The position numbers and the translations under genes were made by a program. A stretch of DNA of 64,000 bases from a virus. Within the stretch, counting starts at the first letter, position 1. Every line of letters begins with the position of its first letter. Positions 56,799 through 63,987 of the stretch are shown piece after piece. The notes under the pieces were generated by a model that had not been told where the DNA came from, made no database searches, and saw only the letters and a program-made list of their open reading frames with translations. The stretch spans positions 8,555 through 72,554 of IMG/VR virus record IMGVR_UViG_3300020204_000022; one strand, given 5' to 3'.

Positions 56799-59231
56799 TT
56801 ATTTTTTTCTCATTCTAAGTTCTCTCAGATATCTTTTTACCACATCCATTTCGTTTGGTTTTTTTGTTTTTGCCACTGGCCCTTGTCGCTGTCCTGGAGG
56901 TGTAATTAATGGAATATGACTTGGTCTTGGGTTAGGCTTTCTCTCTGGCTTCGGACCAGGGTCTGGAGGAGGTAGGGGCTTTGGATCTCTTTTCGGTCTT
57001 GTAGGAACTTGTGGTTTGTAAGGGGTTTCCTTCTCCTCTTCTTTTTCTGGTTGTCTTGCTGGTTCTGCCTCGTTAATTCTCGAGGATTTAAATTCCGAGA
57101 AACTAGTGACTCTTCTGAATGAATTAGATTCAAACAGAGAAAATTTCTTTTGTACGAATCTTGTATTTGATTCCTGAACAATTTCCGAAAGATGCTTCCC
57201 ATTGATTACTAGTTCGTCTTTAACAACGTCATAATCAACTTTGATCTTTGTCCCTTCTTCCACATCATCCTCAATCAAATAAGAAGCAATTGGATCTTCG
57301 ATATATCTTCTAATTGCTCTTTTCATAGGTCTTGCTCCCATACTTGGGTCAAATCCATATTTAACAAGTAATTTATAAACTGAATTACCCCAAACAAGTT
57401 CAATCTTTTGAGTGTCTTTTAATCTTTCTGATACTTTTTGCAATTCTGCTGTTGCTATTCCTTTAATTGCTTCTTCTGATATTGGTTGAAAGATCACAAT
57501 ATCATCAATTCTATTTAAAAATTCTGGAGAGAATTTTTTTTCTGTTTTCAATGCCTGTAGGATCCTTTCCCTCATCTGTTCTTTCGTTTCTCCTCCCCCA
57601 GATTTTTCTGAATTTGATGAAGTAAATCCCCCGATTTTGGTTCTTTCCGCCGATTTGGGATCTTCTTGAGGCTTCATACCGGCGTTTGATGTCATTATAA
57701 TAACCGTATTCTTAAAATCTACAGTTCTACCTTCCCCATCCGTCATTCTTCCATCTTCAAATACGCCCAAAAGAGATTGCAAAACTGTTTTAGAAGCTTT
57801 TTCTATCTCATCAAGTAAAATCAAAGAATATGGTTGTCTTCTTACCTTTTCGGTGAGTTGGCCTCCCTGGCCATAACCAACAAATCCAGGAGGGGCTCCT
57901 ATTAATTTCGATCCTTCGTGTTCCGCTGCAAATTCAGCCATATCAAAACGAATTATCGCTTTTTCGGAACCAAAAATTTCCTCTGCTAATTTTTTGACCA
58001 AGTATGTTTTACCAGTTCCGGTGGGTCCAACAAATAAAAAAACCCCCCCTGGTCGGTTTGGATCTTTCAAACCAACACTATTTCTTCTAACTGTTTTCAC
58101 TACAGTATCAACTGCATCGTCCTGTCCTATTACTTTTGCCTTCAAATTCCTCGCAAGCTCTTTCAAAGAGGCTTTATCTGATTTCTTCATAGTTTGAACA
58201 GGTATTCCTGTCTTTTTAGCCACCAATTCCTCAGCCATATCCCTGGTAATATCTACTCTCTCCCCCATTTCTCCATTTTTTGACATTTGTGTTAGCTGTG
58301 ATTCGATTTCTCTTTTATCATCGTCTAATTGTGCTGCTAGATCATAGTTTCCTTTTTTAGATTCAGATTCTATACGTTTAATTAGATCTTGACGGGTTTC
58401 TTCCAGCGATAATGCTTTGGGGTTTCCCCCGGCAGACATTCGAATTTTTGCTCCCGTTTCATCCATCAAATCGATTGCTTTATCCGGCAAAAATCTGTCG
58501 GTGATGTATCTTTGTGAAAGTTTATAAAATGATTCTAGAGCTTCTTCTGTGTACTTTACGTTGTGAAATTGCTCGTATTTATTTTGAATTCCCCTCAAAA
58601 TTTCCATACATTCTTCGTAAGAAGGTTCATTTACCATAACCTTCTGGAATCTTCTTTCCATCGCTCCATCCTTTTCTATAGAATTTCTATATTCCCCCAA
58701 AGTAGAAGCACCAATTAAATGAAGTTGTCTTCTTGCAAGAAGAGGTTTCAAAGGATCATAAAGTTTTTCGCTTAAGGAATGAATTTCGTCCATAAACAAA
58801 ATTAATGGTTCTGACTCTATCTCTTCCAGAAGCTGACCCCAGGCAGGAGATGACATGGCTTGATTTAAATTCAACATTAATAAAGATGTTCCTTTCAAGA
58901 AATTTGGACATTGAGGACTAGCCATGAGTAAAGCTAGTTTTTCTACTACGGCAGTTTTTCCAACCCCAGGCTCTCCAATCAAAACTGGATTATCTTTTGT
59001 TTTTCTAGCCAAAATGAGTAAAACTTGGTCCAGTTCTTTTTCTCTTCCTATCACCGGATCTATTCTTCCCTCTCTTGCCTCTTCAGTTAAATCAACACCA
59101 AAACTTTTCCAAACCGTACCTCCTCCTACTCCGCCTTGGCCTTCGGGACGATTCTCATTACCATCCTCATTTTCGAATTCATCGTTTGCTTCACTCAAAC
59201 GTTTTGAATATAATTTGCTTAATCTTTTCAT
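56799..59231 (-). CDS. Clp/Hsp100 double-AAA+ ATPase (ClpB/ClpC-like) lacking the Clp N-domain, with leader-like N-terminus and Pro-rich C-terminal tail
   Basis: D1: IDPVIGRE, GEPGVGKTA, ILFMDEIH, ERRFQ. Short middle domain. D2: VIGQDDAV, GPTGTGKT, ILLDEIEKA, IIMTSN. C-terminal KPQVPTRPKRDPKPLPPPDPGPKPERKPNPRP. Confidence 0.9.
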   Translation of the reverse strand: MKRLSKLYSKRLSEANDEFENEDGNENRPEGQGGVGGGTVWKSFGVDLTEEAREGRIDPVIGREKELDQVLLILARKTKDNPVLIGEPGVGKTAVVEKLALLMASPQCPNFLKGTSLLMLNLNQAMSSPAWGQLLEEIESEPLILFMDEIHSLSEKLYDPLKPLLARRQLHLIGASTLGEYRNSIEKDGAMERRFQKVMVNEPSYEECMEILRGIQNKYEQFHNVKYTEEALESFYKLSQRYITDRFLPDKAIDLMDETGAKIRMSAGGNPKALSLEETRQDLIKRIESESKKGNYDLAAQLDDDKREIESQLTQMSKNGEMGERVDITRDMAEELVAKKTGIPVQTMKKSDKASLKELARNLKAKVIGQDDAVDTVVKTVRRNSVGLKDPNRPGGVFLFVGPTGTGKTYLVKKLAEEIFGSEKAIIRFDMAEFAAEHEGSKLIGAPPGFVGYGQGGQLTEKVRRQPYSLILLDEIEKASKTVLQSLLGVFEDGRMTDGEGRTVDFKNTVIIMTSNAGMKPQEDPKSAERTKIGGFTSSNSEKSGGGETKEQMRERILQALKTEKKFSPEFLNRIDDIVIFQPISEEAIKGIATAELQKVSERLKDTQKIELVWGNSVYKLLVKYGFDPSMGARPMKRAIRRYIEDPIASYLIEDDVEEGTKIKVDYDVVKDELVINGKHLSEIVQESNTRFVQKKFSLFESNSFRRVTSFSEFKSSRINEAEPARQPEKEEEKETPYKPQVPTRPKRDPKPLPPPDPGPKPERKPNPRPSHIPLITPPGQRQGPVAKTKKPNEMDVVKRYLRELRMRKK

Positions 59232-59249
59232 CGAATTTTTTTTTATTTC

Positions 59250-59259
59250 TTATATATCT
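59250..59259 (-). promoter_or_regulatory. late-promoter-like motif AGATATATAA (minus-strand reading)
   Basis: Lies 18 nt upstream of the Clp ATPase ATG (59231) on the minus strand. Confidence 0.45.
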
Positions 59260-59313
59260 TCAAAAGATTCGAAAGTACTAAGAAACATAATTTAATTATG
59301 GGATATAAGAAAA

Positions 59314-59329
59314 CAAGGCGTAGTTCTGC
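59314..59329. repeat. left arm of perfect 16-bp inverted repeat CAAGGCGTAGTTCTGC
   Basis: Its reverse complement GCAGAACTACGCCTTG occurs at 59748..59763. The arm lies 22 nt upstream of the ATG at 59351. Confidence 0.95.
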
Positions 59330-59350
59330 TTCAAAAAAAATTTAAAAATT

Positions 59351-59743
59351 ATGGCAATATTTTATTTTCTTTTAGGTGCGCTTACCGTGGTGGTCTTGGT
59401 CACCGTGGCGGGTGTGTTTAAGATGAATTCGGATTTAGACCGAAAAATCACAATCAAAATCTCCGGCCACATCGAATCGGTCATGAAAGAGATTGAAATT
59501 ACAAGGAACAATTTACACTCCGATGATTCTTACATCCACAATCGGATCGATGAAGTTCTCGACGAAATCAATAAACGAGAAGAAATCGGAATCAGATCGG
59601 GAAGAGAACAATTCGAATCCTTACAAAAGCAGTTGGATTCCAGATGCGATAAGCTCTGGGCTCAGGTGAATGCAAATTACGAGTTGAGCCAAATGAGGCT
59701 CAACGAAATTTCAAACAAAAAAAATTCCCAGACAGGGGGATAA
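59351..59743 (+). CDS. small membrane-anchored coiled-coil protein bracketed by the 16-bp inverted repeat
   Basis: N-terminal TM helix IFYFLLGALTVVVLVTVAGVF, then a charged helical region. Confidence 0.55.
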   Translation: MAIFYFLLGALTVVVLVTVAGVFKMNSDLDRKITIKISGHIESVMKEIEITRNNLHSDDSYIHNRIDEVLDEINKREEIGIRSGREQFESLQKQLDSRCDKLWAQVNANYELSQMRLNEISNKKNSQTGG

Positions 59744-59747
59744 AATC

Positions 59748-59763
59748 GCAGAACTACGCCTTG
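59748..59763. repeat. right arm of perfect 16-bp inverted repeat GCAGAACTACGCCTTG
   Basis: Starts 5 nt after the stop codon at 59741..59743. Confidence 0.95.
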
Positions 59764-59778
59764 ATTTAAACTTATATC

Positions 59779-61392
59779 GTGAAAATTTTAGGAATTTCTT
59801 ATGGAGCTCATTCTAGTTCAATAAGCTTGCTGGAAAACGGAAAAGTCGTTTTCTGCTTGGAGGAGGAAAGACATTCTAGAGTTAAACCGTATGTTGACTT
59901 TTATAATAATTGGTTCAGATTTCCACAGATGTCCTTAAATGAATTGTTTGGCAGGATTGGAATAAAATGGGAAGATATTGACCTAGTATCATCCCATAAT
60001 TCATTTGAAGAAATACAATATGTTTTGTCTTGTGTAGGTATTTCCTTTCAAGATCCAAACAAATTTTTTAAATTTGACCATCACGAGTGTCATGCTTTGG
60101 GAGCATATTATTTCAGCGGATTCGAAGAAGATTGTTTGAATATAGTTTTGGATGGGGCTGGTTTTGGAGCATCAGGAAAATATTATTTGGGTAAAAATGG
60201 CGAATTATTATTAATTTCTGAAATTTCGGGGGTAGGCGAAGAGGGATCTATGGCTTCTTTAGGATTATTTTATTCTATAGTCACCGATTTTTTAGAATTC
60301 AAAAGGGTTAAGGATGAGGGTAAAGTAGTTGGCATGTCATCACATGGCAAATTTAACCAGAATTATTATGACCTTTTTTATGACCTAATTAGGGGAGAAG
60401 GTTATCACACAAGATTTATTTCTTTGGACCAGATGGTCAAAACTTTGAATCAAAATTTTTACAATTTGATTGGAGGTAGATTTTGGAAAAATGAAAAACA
60501 AGATTTGGCATACAACGCACAATTGGCTTTCGAAAATAGAATAGTGGAGATTGTTGAAAGTTTGCATTCTGAATTTCCCTTTGCTAGAAAATTGGTTTTA
60601 TCCGGCGGTGTTTTTGCAAACATCAAAGTAAATAAAAGACTGAATGATCTGGATTGGGTGGATGAGGTTTTTGTCATGCCACCAATGTCAGACGAAGGTA
60701 TTTCTGTGGGATCTTGTATTGGTGCATACAGAAAAATAAATTCTGACTTCAGGCCGAGAAAAATACAAAATGTATTTTGGGGAAGTTCTTTTTCGTCTGA
60801 TGAGGTAATTTCCCAATGGGATAATCGGAAATTTGGGGCCAAGAAATATGTGGTTTCGGATGTTGCAAAGTCCTTATCCGAGGGAAAGATTATTGGTTTT
60901 TTTCAAGATGGATATGAACATGGTCCTAGAGCATTAGGTAATAGAAGTATTTTGGCGCATCCTGGTTTGAATTCGACTTACAAGAAGGTTAATGATAGAC
61001 TTCAAAGGAATGATTTCATGCCTTTTGCTCCATCGGTTTTATTCGAAAAAGCACAAGAAATTTTCGAATGCTCCAAATCTAATTATACCGGAGAATTTAT
61101 GACTATGCTTTATAACACTAAACCGGATTGGATAGATAGGATCCCAGCGGTGGTTCATCCGATTGATAAAACCGCCAGAGCACAAATTGTTAAATTTGAA
61201 AACAATCCAAAATTTCACGAGATTATCAATGAATTTTATTTGTTGACCGGAATTCCTTTACTTTTGAACACATCATTCAATGTACACGAAGAGCCAATTG
61301 TTTGTAAACCATCGGAAGCTTTTGCACATCTTGAAACGGGAATTGTTGATGAGTTGGTCATAGGAAATTTAATTTTTTCAAAATTAGATTGA
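59779..61392 (+). CDS. carbamoyltransferase (NodU/CmcH family), GTG start
   Basis: KILGISYGAHSSSISLLENGKVVFCLEEERHSRVK, GGVFANIKVN, PPMSDEGISVG, HGPRALGNRSILAHP, DFMPFAPSV, NTSFNVHEEPIV. Confidence 0.9.
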   Translation: MKILGISYGAHSSSISLLENGKVVFCLEEERHSRVKPYVDFYNNWFRFPQMSLNELFGRIGIKWEDIDLVSSHNSFEEIQYVLSCVGISFQDPNKFFKFDHHECHALGAYYFSGFEEDCLNIVLDGAGFGASGKYYLGKNGELLLISEISGVGEEGSMASLGLFYSIVTDFLEFKRVKDEGKVVGMSSHGKFNQNYYDLFYDLIRGEGYHTRFISLDQMVKTLNQNFYNLIGGRFWKNEKQDLAYNAQLAFENRIVEIVESLHSEFPFARKLVLSGGVFANIKVNKRLNDLDWVDEVFVMPPMSDEGISVGSCIGAYRKINSDFRPRKIQNVFWGSSFSSDEVISQWDNRKFGAKKYVVSDVAKSLSEGKIIGFFQDGYEHGPRALGNRSILAHPGLNSTYKKVNDRLQRNDFMPFAPSVLFEKAQEIFECSKSNYTGEFMTMLYNTKPDWIDRIPAVVHPIDKTARAQIVKFENNPKFHEIINEFYLLTGIPLLLNTSFNVHEEPIVCKPSEAFAHLETGIVDELVIGNLIFSKLD

Positions 61393-61433
61393 ATAAAAGA
61401 AACTTTTACTTGAATACACATAAAAACAAAAAC

Positions 61434-61520
61434 GGAGGTTTGGCAGAGCGGTCGAATGCGACAGTCTTGAAAACTGTTTTACGGGGAACCGTAACCGGGG
61501 TTCGAATCCCTGAGCCCCCG
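61434..61520 (+). tRNA. trnS(UGA): tRNA-Ser (anticodon UGA), class II with long variable arm
   Basis: Folded by hand. Acceptor GGAGGTT/AGCCCCC (one A-C mismatch), D arm GCA..TGC, anticodon stem ACAGT/ACTGT with loop CTTGAAA, variable stem TTACGG/CCGTAA, T arm CGGGG-TTCGAAT-CCCTG. No encoded CCA. Confidence 0.85.
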
Positions 61521-61526
61521 CACCAA

Positions 61527-61599
61527 GCGGGAGTAGCTCAGTTGGTAGAGCGACAGCCTTCCAAGCTGTAGGTCGCGGGTTCGAACCTCGTCTCCCGCT
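61527..61599 (+). tRNA. trnG(UCC): tRNA-Gly (anticodon UCC)
   Basis: Acceptor GCGGGAG/CTCCCGC, D arm GCTC-AGTTGGTA-GAGC, anticodon stem ACAGC/GCTGT with loop CTTCCAA, T arm GCGGG-TTCGAAC-CTCGT. Confidence 0.9.
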
Positions 61600-61613
61600 C
61601 TAATCTTAATTAG

Positions 61614-62582
61614 ATGAAAGAAATTTTTCTTGTTGCCGCACACATTTCTGATGAAATCCAGCTTTCTTTTATCAGTGAGCTCATAGGAAATTTAAGAAAG
61701 GAAAAAAAGGAATTTGCGATTGTTAGCCATTCTCCAATCCCTGAATTTCTGACCAAAGAATCTAAATTCTATGTTTATGATTCAGATAACTATTTAATTC
61801 CTAAATATAAAATTCATACGGAAGGATATGGTCATAGAAATTTTTACTTTTGGAATTTTGGTAATTTTAAAATTTCATCTTCTAATTTTTTGTGGGGAAA
61901 TACTGATAATTATGGAATAGCCTGTTTGAAATTGTTACAGAGAGGGACTTTGATGGCAAAATCTTTTGGGTATGATATTCTTCATTATATTGAATATGAT
62001 TATAATTGGAAAAATGAAGTCTCCAACCAATTTTATGAAATATTAACAAAAGATTTAGATACAGATTTAGTTTGTTTTTGGCAAAAAAAAGATCCAATTA
62101 ATCATTTGCTTGGAAATTTCTTTTCTTTCAGAATCAGTTCATTAAAGAATAAAATTCTTTTTTTACAAACCGAAGATTTATTTGATCTGATCCGGTCTTA
62201 TGATTTTTGCGGGGAAAGAGTTACGGAAACATTTTTTCAACCGGAAAAAATACATCGTATAGAAAAGGAAAATTTGGGACTTGAAAACAGAATTTCTCGC
62301 GATAAATTGAATAAGAGTTTAGAAATCTGTTTCTATCAGGAAGGTCCAGAGAATTTGGATTTTTTTTGTTACAACGTTAGCCCAAATTGCATAAAATTGA
62401 ACTTGACATTAGACTCTATTAGAGAAGAAATTGAAATAAATTCCCAAACCTGGATTTTGAGAAAAATTGGTAATCCAGAAAAAATTAAAATTGAATACGA
62501 GGAAAAAATAGAAGAAATAGATTTATCGAATAAAGAAATGTATGATTTTTGGGTTGGATCTACTAAAATAGAATGGAGGTAA
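61614..62582 (+). CDS. hypothetical protein
   Basis: 322-aa ORF between the tRNAs and the sugar-modification-type genes. No motif recognised. Confidence 0.5.
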   Translation: MKEIFLVAAHISDEIQLSFISELIGNLRKEKKEFAIVSHSPIPEFLTKESKFYVYDSDNYLIPKYKIHTEGYGHRNFYFWNFGNFKISSSNFLWGNTDNYGIACLKLLQRGTLMAKSFGYDILHYIEYDYNWKNEVSNQFYEILTKDLDTDLVCFWQKKDPINHLLGNFFSFRISSLKNKILFLQTEDLFDLIRSYDFCGERVTETFFQPEKIHRIEKENLGLENRISRDKLNKSLEICFYQEGPENLDFFCYNVSPNCIKLNLTLDSIREEIEINSQTWILRKIGNPEKIKIEYEEKIEEIDLSNKEMYDFWVGSTKIEWR

Positions 62583-62583
62583 T

Positions 62584-62790
62584 CTAAATCCTGTTTAATC
62601 TCGAATTTTCTTGTTTAAGTTGAGAAATAATCAAATCTGTAGTTGCTTGATTTTTTTCTATTTCATCAGAAATTTTTTCGCACAGATCTTTCATATTTTT
62701 CAAAATTTGACTTTTTTCTTCCTCGGAGTTAGATAATTCCAAAGATAAAATTAAAGATTTTAACTGATTTATGTATTTAGATAATTCCAC
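62584..62790 (-). CDS. small coiled-coil protein
   Basis: 68-aa minus-strand ORF. Heptad-like and acidic. Confidence 0.4.
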   Translation of the reverse strand: MELSKYINQLKSLILSLELSNSEEEKSQILKNMKDLCEKISDEIEKNQATTDLIISQLKQENSRLNRI

Positions 62791-62856
62791 AGATTTGAAA
62801 ATTATTTACACAAATATAACCCAAACTCCGAAAACTTTTCCATAAAGTACATAAAA

Positions 62857-62865
62857 TTATATATC
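62857..62865. promoter_or_regulatory. ATATATA motif of ambiguous orientation (GATATATAA on the minus strand)
   Basis: In the divergent gap between 62790(-) and 62882(+). Fits the family better when read on the minus strand. Confidence 0.3.
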
Positions 62866-62881
62866 AAATTTTGAAATCACA

Positions 62882-63307
62882 ATGGCTAGACTTCCAAATC
62901 CACCAGTCGGTCCTGTTGAAATGCGACCTCCTCATATTTTCAATGTGATCGAATGTCCTAGCTGTAACGTTCCTAAAGGATGGGGATATGAGGTCGTCTT
63001 TGAAAACAACGAACTTTATTGTGGAAAACTTCTTTGTTTTAAGGCTGAAGCCAAATTTTCAATGCACTATCATTTGATCAAAGATGAAACTTGGTATGTA
63101 CAAGAGGGAACTTTTTTATATAGATATATCGACACCAGAAATGCCGAAGTTGGTGAAACAAGATTAGAAAAAGGTGATTCAGTTCGGCAAATGCCCGGCC
63201 AGCCACATCAATTGGAGGCAATAACAGATGGAATAATTTTCGAGGTTTCTACTCAACACTTTGACGAGGATTCATATCGGGTTTGGAAAGGGGACAGCCA
63301 AAAATGA
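62882..63307 (+). CDS. cupin-domain protein (sugar isomerase/epimerase-like)
   Basis: KGWGYEVVFENNELYCGKLL...FSMHYHLIKDETWYVQEG...GQPHQLEA...IFEVSTQH. Confidence 0.65.
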   Translation: MARLPNPPVGPVEMRPPHIFNVIECPSCNVPKGWGYEVVFENNELYCGKLLCFKAEAKFSMHYHLIKDETWYVQEGTFLYRYIDTRNAEVGETRLEKGDSVRQMPGQPHQLEAITDGIIFEVSTQHFDEDSYRVWKGDSQK

Positions 63308-63987
63308 ATACAAATAAAATGACGGGAAAAGATTGGAAACTTTATTCGGATAAATCCAATTACTATTGGAATCAAAATCTTGATTTTGTTTTAAGTTCCA
63401 ACCATTTTATTCATTATGAATTTTTCTTTAAAGAAATTTATGGATGGGAATATTCCGAAACTAACTGCATTTATGAAATGTGGGGTTGCAAACTAGATTC
63501 GGGTGACGTGGTGGTTGATTTGGGAGCAAATGTAGGTTTTTTCACCCACCTAGCTGCAAAAAAATGTAAAGAAGTAATAGCAATAGAGGGAGGTTATGAA
63601 ATTTTTTCTTGTCTTGTTGAAAATACAAAAGAACACGACAATGTAAAATATTTAAATGCTTCTATTTTGGGAAAATCTTTAGAACCCACAAATGTATGGT
63701 CGCCAAAACACAATCCTCTTTATTTGCAGATTGAGGATGTTTTCAAAATTTTCAATTTGGAAAAAATTGATTTTTTAAAGTGTGACATAGAAGGAGGTGA
63801 ATATGATTTACTTTTAAATTTGGATGAATCAATCCTAAATAAAATCAACAAAATAGCAGTGGAGATGCACGACCCTGCCCGTAATGAAAATTTCTTTATA
63901 CCAGGAAAAGTTAGACATTCTTTTTATTGGGACGTAAATAATAATGGGGAATATCAGACGATGTTTTATTTCGTAAATCAACAATAA
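63304..63987 (+). CDS. FkbM-family methyltransferase
   Basis: VVVDLGANVGFFT and FLKCDIEGGEYDLL. Start taken at ATG 63304 (ATGA overlap with the cupin stop). Confidence 0.75.
   Translation: MNTNKMTGKDWKLYSDKSNYYWNQNLDFVLSSNHFIHYEFFFKEIYGWEYSETNCIYEMWGCKLDSGDVVVDLGANVGFFTHLAAKKCKEVIAIEGGYEIFSCLVENTKEHDNVKYLNASILGKSLEPTNVWSPKHNPLYLQIEDVFKIFNLEKIDFLKCDIEGGEYDLLLNLDESILNKINKIAVEMHDPARNENFFIPGKVRHSFYWDVNNNGEYQTMFYFVNQQ

Noticed and set aside
61389-61571. 60-aa ORF in the track
   Set aside because: It is entirely covered by the two hand-folded tRNA genes (Ser-UGA and Gly-UCC). The translation is an artefact.
61434-61599. tRNA genes as a prophage attachment site or integration junction
   Set aside because: There is no integrase, recombinase or direct repeat of the tRNA 3' ends anywhere in the window. 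Phage genes continue on both sides.
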